From: Nitrosopumilaceae archaeon
Lineage (GTDB): Archaea > Thermoproteota > Nitrososphaeria > Nitrososphaerales > Nitrosopumilaceae
Direction of reading: 5' to 3'
Length of the DNA: 64,000 nucleotides
Assembly (NCBI GenBank): GCA_965214835.1
Contig: CBDCCK010000002.1
Coordinates: forward strand, 32,001-96,000
A program made the position numbers and the translations under genes. Numbering within the stretch: the stretch's first letter is position 1; every line of letters starts with the position of its first letter. Of this stretch, positions 18,386 through 27,261 are shown one piece after another. The notes below the pieces were generated by a model, which did not search any database, was not told the DNA's origin, and saw nothing but the letters and a program-made list of their open reading frames with translations.

Positions 18386-21300
18386 GGTGTGGTCTCCTCA
18401 AAGTATTGGATGGCAAGCTCTGCCATCTCCCCGTAGAACTCCTTTAGGTTTTTATCATTCCATGTTATTTCGTTAAGATCGTATAGTTTGGGATTCTTTT
18501 TGAATATATTGAACGTACTGATTACAAACCTGTATTCATCAAGGGCCAGACCGTAGGATAAGGCAACCAATACGTCCAATTCTGCTGCAGTTTCTATTCT
18601 CTGGGCAGGTGAAAGCATATGATTTGAAATCCTCATGGATTCGGCAATCCCTTCAAACTCAGGAGTTCCAACCACTAACTTTACCACAAGATTTGCAATT
18701 CTCTCTTCATGATGAGTCTTGGGCAAGATCAGAGACTTGAATGCTGTGGCTAAATCCATGTTTGTTTTTGCACGTGCCACAAAATCAAAGGTTGTTGAGT
18801 TTATCACGCCGCACAGGTATAGTATTTTCCGATTATATGTCGCGTCTAGGGTAATTTTTTGATCATGTTTTAAGACTAGGCTTATCAGCTTATGAGTGTG
18901 AAATGTGTGCGGCGGTATTATGGTACTTATGGCAGTACGCAAACGCGTAGGATGTGTGACTTCTCTAAACACAAGTCTGTATGAGTTATGAACATCAACA
19001 TGTTTTCCAAGGTAAATTTTCTTTCTGCCCTCCCTCTCCAAACCTTTTCTTCTGTCTACACTAAATGTGGGAGGAGACCATCTGTGATTGTACTGGTGCA
19101 TGTTTTTGCCCTCAAAGAGAGGCCATCCACTACCACCTTCAGAGAACAGATCCGAGTCGTTTGTTTTGTGGAGACCTCTTGATAATTCAACACTCCATCC
19201 GCCATCTAGTTCCATAGGACTGTTGTTTTTTGATATTTTTTCAAGGATTTCGAGACCAGTTCCTGCAGTCTCTGGTATCTGATATGATCTAGGAGACAAT
19301 TCCTTTATCTTTTTGGCGGACAGCATTCCAAACTTCTCTGTTTCCTTGCTATTATCGGTCAACGACATCATATTGTGAAGATAAAATCCAACTGGAAAGT
19401 CTCCAGAATCGGATGAGTTGCGTACACCCATCAACACGAATCGATAACTTGAATCAATAGCAAATATCTTTTTTTTATTATCAAAGACATAAAGAGACAA
19501 TACATTTTTGTCAAGTATCTGTTTTCGTAAATCTATGGCACCAGCACTAGAAACAAACGAGGATGGGATAACGATTGATATTATACCACGGTCTGCCACC
19601 AGATTCAACACACGTTCTAGAACCAGCTTCCAAAGATCCTTGTCGCCCGTACTTTGCATTTGATATGTTGAATAAAAAGCGTTGTTTTCTACAATCTGTG
19701 TCTCATAGGCATTCCATGCTTTTTGTAATACAGGGTCTTTGAGTAACTGTTTTTTCCTTTTTCCTTTTTTGGTCTTTGGTTTCAAAGATTTGAATTCAGG
19801 ATCAACAGGGGTGAAAAAATCATCATCGTCAGGTTTCATTTTCTTCCAGGGTAAATTACCAACGATTACATCAAACCCACTTCTAACATCCGTAAAGGCA
19901 TCCATCATCTCTATCTCCCAGTGAAGGAAACGGTGTCGTTCTGCCAGCTCGTTGACGGTTTTGCGCGCCCGTGCAAGCTCGGCAGTTTCGGTCTTTGAAT
20001 ATCTGCCGAACCTGTGAATGAACTCGCTTGCGCCCTTTTTTGGCAGGATTTTGGGGTCTATCTTGGATGCAGTCAGCGCATCCAGTATTCGCCTTGTCGG
20101 CTCCAGCGACCTCCTGTATTCATGGTACAGATCCTCGCTTGCACGAACCTGCTGTATCGTAATGTCCGGGCTGGACGATATATCGCATATCATCCTGTTT
20201 GACTCGGCGCCCGGTGACCAGTCATCTAACGTGGCATTTTTCTTGTCCTTTAGATCATCCAGAAACGAGCCGATCGTAGAGTCTCCAGTCTTCAGGTGGT
20301 GATCCATGTACGTCAGCGGGACGCCTATGGCAAACGAGTCAAGCCACAGCGACAATTTTGCAAGATCTACTGCCATGGGATTCAGGTCCATGCCGAAGAT
20401 GCAGCGCTTCATTATCTTGCGTTTCAGCAGGACATCGGCAGTAAGAAGGCCCTCGTCGATGGTTATACCCATGTCCCTCTGCCCGTCTATGACAGTCCTT
20501 CTGTCCTGCTCTATTTCAGATAACAGTGGATGATCCACATGCTGCTTTAGGATTCCCGTGGCCCACAGCGTAATCCTGTTGAGTGCCTCGACCAGAAAGT
20601 GCCCGCTCCCCATGGTGGGATCCAACACCTGTATATCCAGAACGCGATCCATACATGTCTGCAGATCCTTCGGACTCCCACTCTTCCTGTACCGTCGTAT
20701 GTCGTCTGCGACCAGCTTTTCGCGCTCTGCAAGTATTGGATCTAACCCCTGTTTTACCAGAAACTTGACGATTTCGTCCGGGGTGTAAAAGCTTGCAGAC
20801 GTCTTGCGGGATATGATCCCTCCCTTTGATGCCAGATACAGGTCGTTTTTCCTGTAGGAATACGTGGCATCCTTTCTCGTTTCTACCTCCCTTACGCCCT
20901 TTGAATCCTCTAGCAGCATGATGTCCTTGTCGGTCTGGCGCGGACTGTACTCCATGAGCGTCTCAAAGATGTTTCCAAGGTGTCTCACACTGAAATCCAC
21001 ATAATCGATTGCAGAGCCGTCATCCTCCAAGAGGCCGTAAAGCGCCCTTACGATAAACTCATTTCTAATAGATATGTTGTCAACTGCAGGATCACTTTTG
21101 AACAGATCCCCGTTGTACTGCGGGAGGTTGTGCTTCTCACTTCCGTTTCTTATCCCTCCAAACAGGACGGCAAGTGCACTCCAGCATTCGTCACCATCAG
21201 GATTACTCTCAAAGGTGTCAAGCTTTTTTCGGATGGTCTGCAGCGATATGGGGCCGTATCTTGCATCCTTTACGGGCAGGAGATTCCGTGACTCTGCGTA

Positions 21301-22359
21301 TGCCAGGAACCATATCCTGTACATTATCTTCAGAGACGTCCGCTTTGCATCCTCCAATTCTGCAGAGGAGAACGTCTTTTTCATGTCGTGTCCGAGCACT
21401 CCCTTTACTATGTCCAGAAACAGCCCGTCAGGACTCATTATTTTGGCAGAAAGGTTCTCCTCTAGAGTCTTGCCGTAATTTTTCCCTTCATCAAAGAAAG
21501 TGTCAACGTCGGCCTTGTTGTCTTTTTGCAGGAATGACTCTGCTCCAAACAGCATGATAAGATATTTCGTAATGCTGTCATGCTCTGGATCCAGCACGAT
21601 CTCAAAATAGTTCGTGCTCGATGACGAGACCCTGGCAGAATACAGCCTCCATTTGCTGCCGTTGGTAAGTATGGCCCACCTGGCAGAGCTCAACGTTGCC
21701 ACTGCCGTATAACTCGGTGATACGTCTGAGTCATTCACCCTGATGCCAAAGTCGTCCTGTCCCGTAATCGTAATCGAGACTGTGCCGTCATGGTAGGAGC
21801 CTGACGTATTTGAGACATCCCATCCAAGCGTCTCCAACATCCTTTTTGTGTCGCCCATCACACTCTTTACACCGTCCAACCTGGCATCGACGTCCTGGCG
21901 CGCATCCTCAAAGATCCTGCTACGCAGATAGTGGGTTGAAAACAGGCCCTTGTTTACAAAGTCGCCCGTGGCGTTTGGAATTTTGTCGATTAGTTTTTTT
22001 ACGGCAAGCTGCAGGTCAATCTCGTCCTTCACCTCTGCCATTTCTGTGGATTTTAGGATGGATGCAATTCGCTGATACTCTGCGTCGTTTTCCAGAACGG
22101 TGATGTGGCTCTCATCCATCGACTTGAAGAAGAGTAGATTCTTCTCCTCAAAGAACACTATACAGGTGCCAAAGTTCTTTGTCTGTTTCTTTATCTCTGC
22201 AATGTTTTTGGGGCCACGTTCGATTAGTATGATCGGGACTTCTTTGGAGGGGTTCTGGTGGTTAAGACTGTAACAGATCCATCCCTCATGCAGTGGCATT
22301 TCCCTTTTTGCATCAAGGCTGACACCCATGGAGGAGAACAGGGCCTCGAGGCGTGCCAA
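18382..22359 (-). CDS. Large Eco57I/type IIG-like N6-adenine DNA methyltransferase with C-terminal target recognition domain
   Basis: WAILTNG..WRLY, YNG.LF, SFYTP, LDPTMGSGHFL, G.D.NP.AV.LAKLSLW, FDVIVGNLPW. TTG start; stop overlaps the SNF2 start. Confidence 0.92.
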   Translation of the reverse strand: MARLEALFSSMGVSLDAKREMPLHEGWICYSLNHQNPSKEVPIILIERGPKNIAEIKKQTKNFGTCIVFFEEKNLLFFKSMDESHITVLENDAEYQRIASILKSTEMAEVKDEIDLQLAVKKLIDKIPNATGDFVNKGLFSTHYLRSRIFEDARQDVDARLDGVKSVMGDTKRMLETLGWDVSNTSGSYHDGTVSITITGQDDFGIRVNDSDVSPSYTAVATLSSARWAILTNGSKWRLYSARVSSSSTNYFEIVLDPEHDSITKYLIMLFGAESFLQKDNKADVDTFFDEGKNYGKTLEENLSAKIMSPDGLFLDIVKGVLGHDMKKTFSSAELEDAKRTSLKIMYRIWFLAYAESRNLLPVKDARYGPISLQTIRKKLDTFESNPDGDECWSALAVLFGGIRNGSEKHNLPQYNGDLFKSDPAVDNISIRNEFIVRALYGLLEDDGSAIDYVDFSVRHLGNIFETLMEYSPRQTDKDIMLLEDSKGVREVETRKDATYSYRKNDLYLASKGGIISRKTSASFYTPDEIVKFLVKQGLDPILAEREKLVADDIRRYRKSGSPKDLQTCMDRVLDIQVLDPTMGSGHFLVEALNRITLWATGILKQHVDHPLLSEIEQDRRTVIDGQRDMGITIDEGLLTADVLLKRKIMKRCIFGMDLNPMAVDLAKLSLWLDSFAIGVPLTYMDHHLKTGDSTIGSFLDDLKDKKNATLDDWSPGAESNRMICDISSSPDITIQQVRASEDLYHEYRRSLEPTRRILDALTASKIDPKILPKKGASEFIHRFGRYSKTETAELARARKTVNELAERHRFLHWEIEMMDAFTDVRSGFDVIVGNLPWKKMKPDDDDFFTPVDPEFKSLKPKTKKGKRKKQLLKDPVLQKAWNAYETQIVENNAFYSTYQMQSTGDKDLWKLVLERVLNLVADRGIISIVIPSSFVSSAGAIDLRKQILDKNVLSLYVFDNKKKIFAIDSSYRFVLMGVRNSSDSGDFPVGFYLHNMMSLTDNSKETEKFGMLSAKKIKELSPRSYQIPETAGTGLEILEKISKNNSPMELDGGWSVELSRGLHKTNDSDLFSEGGSGWPLFEGKNMHQYNHRWSPPTFSVDRRKGLEREGRKKIYLGKHVDVHNSYRLVFREVTHPTRLRTAISTIIPPHTFHTHKLISLVLKHDQKITLDATYNRKILYLCGVINSTTFDFVARAKTNMDLATAFKSLILPKTHHEERIANLVVKLVVGTPEFEGIAESMRISNHMLSPAQRIETAAELDVLVALSYGLALDEYRFVISTFNIFKKNPKLYDLNEITWNDKNLKEFYGEMAELAIQYFEETTP

Positions 22360-22402
22360 TCAGGCCGCCACCAGCGTTAGGATGTGTAATCTGTTATCTA
22401 GG

Positions 22403-22441
22403 GAATGATCTTGAATGATCTTGAATGATCTTGAATGATCT
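22403..22441. repeat. 10-bp tandem repeat GAATGATCTT, about 4 copies, upstream of the N6-MTase gene
   Basis: Read directly from the sequence. Confidence 0.9.
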
Positions 22442-22719
22442 CTCATGCCAACGGGGCTGAACTTAGAACCAATTTTAACGTTCAAGAGCACACATACCGA
22501 TGGCACGAATGCCTTTTAAATATTGTAACACAAACGTCGTGCAAACTCACGTCATGTAGCAGCACGACCAGCATTCATTTCCGAGGTGTCAAGCGCATGC
22601 AAGCAGGCAGTGACAGGATCCAGCCCCCGGTGGATTCTTGCCTTTTGGATTCACAGACGAACCAGGCAGTCTTTACAGGACGCAAGATTGGGAGAATCAC
22701 AAAACTAGAAAAAAACAGG

Positions 22720-23142
22720 TCACGCGCTTTTAGTCATTTTTTGACTTCCGCACGAGCCGCCCTCTTTGACAATTGGCTCGATTAACTGCTCACCGGTACC
22801 TGCATCAAGAACATGTATTATCTTTGCATTGGATTCCGTATAGTCAACCAGCTTCCATACGAGGAAATGCTGGCCAGAGTCGTTTACGGCCTTTGTGAGT
22901 CTGGCCTTCTCAACGTCATATCCCTCCAGTGCCTGCTCTTCTGAGATTGCAAGATCCCGGACATCGTCAATGTCGGCATCCTGTGAAACCTCTATTGTTC
23001 CCTCTGCCTCGCCTATCGGAACGGCCCAGCTTCGTTTGTAGGGCTTGTTCTCCGAGTCGGCCAGCGCAGGAGACACAGAACCAAATACCAAAACTGCCGT
23101 CAGAAGAGACAGCAGGAATACAGGAGCGAGTGCCTTTCCCAT
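22720..23142 (-). CDS. Secreted PepSY-like domain protein
   Basis: N-terminal signal peptide (ALA cleavage site), ISEEQA and V.DAGTGE motifs. Confidence 0.7.
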   Translation of the reverse strand: MGKALAPVFLLSLLTAVLVFGSVSPALADSENKPYKRSWAVPIGEAEGTIEVSQDADIDDVRDLAISEEQALEGYDVEKARLTKAVNDSGQHFLVWKLVDYTESNAKIIHVLDAGTGEQLIEPIVKEGGSCGSQKMTKSA

Positions 23143-23296
23143 GCAAGTGGTTGTTCAAGACTGCATATAAAGAGTACGGATGGCTTGCATGCACCAGTGT
23201 CGGGTAGCAAGTTTACACATCAGGAGACACTATTCACCAGAGTCTTCATCATTACACATACCATGCAAGACAAAGCTGCATCTACAGAACAAACAG

Positions 23297-23611
23297 TCAG
23301 TACGCATCATCGGGCTTTACAAGCGGAGGATACTCCTCTACGGGCAAAAGCCTCGGATGTCCTGCCTTTATCAGCGTCTCGGTCTCGTAGGGAAACTTGC
23401 TCCAGCCGTTGATGGTGTGCAGCTCGCCGGGAAACAGCCAGTGGCGGATGTCAGACGTGATGCACATCCGCTGCCTTATCGTGTTGTGTAAAATGGGATC
23501 CCTTGACTTTTTCATCCTCCAGCCCTCCTCCATCCACTCCTTGAGCTCCTCCTTGCTGGGACGGAGGAAGGTCTTCATCCTCTCCGGGGTGGCAACGGGT
23601 ACGGCAGGCAT
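23297..23611 (-). CDS. Hypothetical protein (host-like)
   Basis: Clean 104-aa ORF with GGAGG upstream. Confidence 0.65.
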   Translation of the reverse strand: MPAVPVATPERMKTFLRPSKEELKEWMEEGWRMKKSRDPILHNTIRQRMCITSDIRHWLFPGELHTINGWSKFPYETETLIKAGHPRLLPVEEYPPLVKPDDAY

Positions 23612-23789
23612 CTAGCAGATCCCTCCGGTCGTATCTCTCATGACTATCTCACGGAACGATTCCTTATAAGGATAAAATCGCCGCAGGCGTGATGCCGTAC
23701 CTGCCGGGAGAGGCGCGCCGGCGGTCACGGTACGGCAGACTGTAACAGTCTACCCTGAATGATTTGCCAACCCGCACCACGGGTGAAGG

Positions 23790-24611
23790 CTACCTGCCGA
23801 ATCCCCTTCTTGACAGATAGTCCGAGACTATCTTCTGCGCAAGCTCGCCAGGCTCCAGATTCTTCTCGCGCGACAATTTGGACAATCCCCTTGCCTGGTT
23901 TTTGGAGAACCTCAAAGAGACGTTCTGCCTTGCACGAAACGAGTTTGCAAGCCGCTGTACTTCAGAATGCTCTGCCGCACTTCCGAGCTGCTCTAATGCG
24001 TCTACATACCTCTTTTTTTGCGCATGATCATATCTGGAGATCCGTTGAATTACATCCAGTGCGTCTGACGGAACCGTAACGACCCTGCATATCCTGATGG
24101 CATCCCTCCTGGATATTGTTTTTGGGACCATCTCCCTTATCTTGTCAGGGACTGCGCCATACCCCAGGTATTCCCGGAACGTTCTGCGGGAGACACCGAG
24201 TGCCCTTGATGCTGCTGCCACCCCCATCTTTTCTGCCAGAAACTCACACGATGCGGCCATCTCGGAGGCAGACATGTCCCTTCTGTGCAGGTTCTCGATT
24301 ACCGATACTGCCTTTGCATCCTCGATATCGTGCGAGCTTTCACGGGAGAGTATCAGGACGGGAATCGTCTTGGAGCCTAACTTTCTGAGTGCCTCAAGTC
24401 GTCTCTGTCCTGCCATGAGCAGGTACGAGTTTGCGCCGTCTCTTTGCACCATCGGGGGATTCTGCAGTCCCTCCTCTCTTATGGAGCGGGCAAGCGAGTC
24501 GATGTCTGCGCGGTCCAGCGTTCTTGACTGTGCCTCCTCCCATACCGTAATGGAATCAATGGGAACCTCCTTCAGCGAGTACGCGATTGGGTTTTCCTTT
24601 ATGCCTTCCAA
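23790..24611 (-). CDS. ParB/Spo0J-like protein with C-terminal ribbon-helix-helix-like domain
   Basis: LARSIREEGLQNPP, AGQRRLEAL, IENLHRRD, central HTH, C-terminal SLRFS...L..L...IVSDYL. Confidence 0.88.
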   Translation of the reverse strand: MEGIKENPIAYSLKEVPIDSITVWEEAQSRTLDRADIDSLARSIREEGLQNPPMVQRDGANSYLLMAGQRRLEALRKLGSKTIPVLILSRESSHDIEDAKAVSVIENLHRRDMSASEMAASCEFLAEKMGVAAASRALGVSRRTFREYLGYGAVPDKIREMVPKTISRRDAIRICRVVTVPSDALDVIQRISRYDHAQKKRYVDALEQLGSAAEHSEVQRLANSFRARQNVSLRFSKNQARGLSKLSREKNLEPGELAQKIVSDYLSRRGFGR

Positions 24612-24658
24612 CGGTCTGTATCATGTGGAGCCTCTCTGATAAACTTTTGTAAATCCAG

Positions 24659-25522
24659 TCACTTGTGGGCCGCAAAAATCATCTGAAAGCCGTTTCCCAT
24701 GTATCCATAAGGCACGCTATAGTATGCCAGCATGTATGCGTCCATGAACGAGGCGTCCTTTAAGAAGTCCAGAAAGTCCCACCCGTAGTCGTAGAATACC
24801 AATTGATCATCCGAGAGCGAATTGGAATGGTGTACTGGAGGCAGGACGTGTCTTAGATGGTTGTTTTCAATCCAGGCCCTTCTGACTGTAGTTGTCTCGC
24901 CGGTGAATGGAACGGAGATTAAGAGGATGCCCCCCCCCCGCAACACCCTGTACGCCTCTGAGAGTGTCCTTCTAATGTCCGGGACATGCTCGAAAACATC
25001 GTTTGATACCATGATGTCAAACGAGTCCTCCGGAAAGCTGAGAGACATAGCGTCCTCATGCCTTATGCCGTCTATCACCTCCCCGGGCTTCTTGTCGTAT
25101 CCCCGAAATTCGCTTCCGATCAGGTTGAAGTTAAAAGATCTCTTGGTGTAGGCAAAGGCGTAGGTTGCCGCCTCATACATGAATACGGACTTTGCATCGC
25201 CGGTCTGTTGCTTCTTTAGAAGGTTGAACATGAAGCGCTGCCTGTTTGTCAGCTTGCAGTACTCGCATGTGAGATGTTCCCGGTAGTTGGGAAGGTCATT
25301 TTTTGAGTTCTCCCAGCACATAGAAAACTTTGTATCCCGTCCGCACAGCTGACAGAATCCTATCTGAAACCACCTATCCTTGTCAGCATTTTCTTTGCCT
25401 ATGCGGGACTCGATCATGGTTCTGGAACGTATGCGCGGTACGTATTTTCGGTATTCCTCGATTGATCTTATCCTAACAAGATCCAGATCTGGCACTTTCA
25501 GATTCTCATAGTTCATCAGCAC
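24659..25522 (-). CDS. Class I SAM-dependent methyltransferase with Zn-ribbon
   Basis: CQLCG...CEYC, LSFPEDSFD, VFEHVPD, EAYRVLR.GG. Confidence 0.85.
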   Translation of the reverse strand: MLMNYENLKVPDLDLVRIRSIEEYRKYVPRIRSRTMIESRIGKENADKDRWFQIGFCQLCGRDTKFSMCWENSKNDLPNYREHLTCEYCKLTNRQRFMFNLLKKQQTGDAKSVFMYEAATYAFAYTKRSFNFNLIGSEFRGYDKKPGEVIDGIRHEDAMSLSFPEDSFDIMVSNDVFEHVPDIRRTLSEAYRVLRGGGILLISVPFTGETTTVRRAWIENNHLRHVLPPVHHSNSLSDDQLVFYDYGWDFLDFLKDASFMDAYMLAYYSVPYGYMGNGFQMIFAAHK

Positions 25523-26000
25523 TGTTGGCGTACATGCTGTATTTATATCAGCAACGGTTCAGCAAGCAATAGGATAGCCCCTAGACGGCGTTTCCTACCA
25601 GCGCGTCCCTTATCATTCCCCTCACATTGCGTCCCTGGGAGGTGATCCGGATTAGAGACCTGGCGCCCCCGTCCGTAGCTGTCCTGCTACCGACCTTCCT
25701 GAGAGAGTCGGTTCGAAATCAGCAGATTCTGATTATCTGTGAACGAATTTGCACAAGACGGCTCAAAACATCGACAAGATGCAAAAAACTATCCGTGAAA
25801 TCACCTGAAAAGTTCGTACGGTCTCTAATTTTAGATCATCTCTGGAAGTATTTCCATGCTTCCTACACAAGAACTGGGGCTTCTACCTATCTGCGTCCTG
25901 CGGATGCTGACTCGCAGGCTGGCTCAGGGCGGCACCCTTGCAAGGTGCCTTCCGGCCCGCCCCCATTTCACCAAGCCGCCCCGAACAGATCCGGGATCTC

Positions 26001-26392
26001 CTACTGTCCGTGCCCGTCGACCGTCCCGAGGTAGGCGTCGACGACCTCGGCGGAGCTGCCCTCGGCCAAGACCTTTCCGCCGTGCAGAAATATGGCCCTG
26101 TCGCAGAGGCGCTTTATCTCGTCGGTGTTGTGGGATACGTAGGTTGTGGTCTTTCCCCTCTCCTTGAACTCCATGAACTTGTTGAAGCTCTTCTCCCTGA
26201 ACCTGACGTCCCCTACGGCCAAGACCTCGTCGACTATCAGGATGTCCGGATCGACCTGGACGGCTATGGAAAAGGCAAGCCTTGCAAGCATGCCCGAGGA
26301 GAAGTTTTTCAGCTTTGTGTTGAGGAATTCCCCCACCTCTGCAAACTCTGCTATGTGCTTTATCTTTCTGCTGATCTCGCGCTTTGTAAACC
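26001..26392 (-). pseudogene. C-terminal fragment of a Wzt/TagH-type ABC transporter ATPase
   Basis: Signature FSSGMLARLAFS, Walker B ILIVDEVLAVGD and VSH are present; the Walker A half is missing. Confidence 0.82.
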
Positions 26393-26557
26393 GGTCTGGA
26401 TTGGCAGCCTGGCGTGTGCTTGTGCTTCTTGGAAGGTGTCCGGGTTCCGACGCTCCGGATTATTTTTTTTCACTTGTCGTTGTCCTCCAGAACCCCGGTT
26501 TTGGTGCCGTCGGCCGGCACAATCCCAGCCTTAAATACGCTGCCAACCCAGTACAGT

Positions 26558-26722
26558 GTGACAAACGTGAGACTCTCATGCCCGAGATGCGGTAATGCCA
26601 TGAGGGTTGAAGGATACTCCCCGACAATCTGGCTGCTGAAACCCAGGTCGTGGTGGATATGCGACTCGTGCAGCCATGCCATCGACGTCAACTCGTACAA
26701 GGAGTCAGTCTGCTGCCCGTGA
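26558..26722 (+). CDS. Small Zn-ribbon protein
   Basis: CPRCG...CDSC; GTG start. Confidence 0.55.
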   Translation: MTNVRLSCPRCGNAMRVEGYSPTIWLLKPRSWWICDSCSHAIDVNSYKESVCCP

Positions 26723-26742
26723 CCGCATACAGGATTGGAGAA

Positions 26743-27099
26743 TCAAAACTCCCAGCCAAATGCAATGTATGCAAGTATGACGGATACCGCCAGTATCGCG
26801 CTGGTCAGAATCCACGATATGACGCCGGAGAGAATGTCTTTTGTTCTCTGGATTATTCGGTGCCGGGTACTCTGGGGGACACGGATGTCGGTGCGTTCTC
26901 CTCTATGATCCCAGGAGAACTCGGATATTACCATGACTAGCATTCCTGCGGCCACCGCACCCATGAGGAATCCCGCCACATCGACTCCCGGGATCGGCCC
27001 GGGCCCGCATATGTCCTCATCACATCCCATGATGCCGGCAATCATGCTGCCGCAGACGCCACCAATGACAGATGTCAGCCCAAGCAGGAACCAGTTCAT
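26743..27099 (-). CDS. Small membrane protein
   Basis: Three hydrophobic segments. Confidence 0.6.
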   Translation of the reverse strand: MNWFLLGLTSVIGGVCGSMIAGIMGCDEDICGPGPIPGVDVAGFLMGAVAAGMLVMVISEFSWDHRGERTDIRVPQSTRHRIIQRTKDILSGVISWILTSAILAVSVILAYIAFGWEF

Positions 27100-27261
27100 A
27101 CAACAAATGACGCATGTCGGGATTTAACACTTGCAACGCGCGGGAACCGGCAACCTGGCGTGTGTCTGTTCTCTCTGGAAAGTGCCACATGCTGGAAATC
27201 CCGGATAAAATACACGCAGCAACACAGGATGACACCTCATGCACCATTGACTGCGGCCGGG

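Noticed and set aside
25620-25990. Possible rRNA, SRP or tRNA fragment (GGAGGTGATCC, GGATTAGAGACC, GGTTCGAA)
   Set aside because: Only short isolated matches; no continuous rRNA similarity, cloverleaf or SRP helix could be built.
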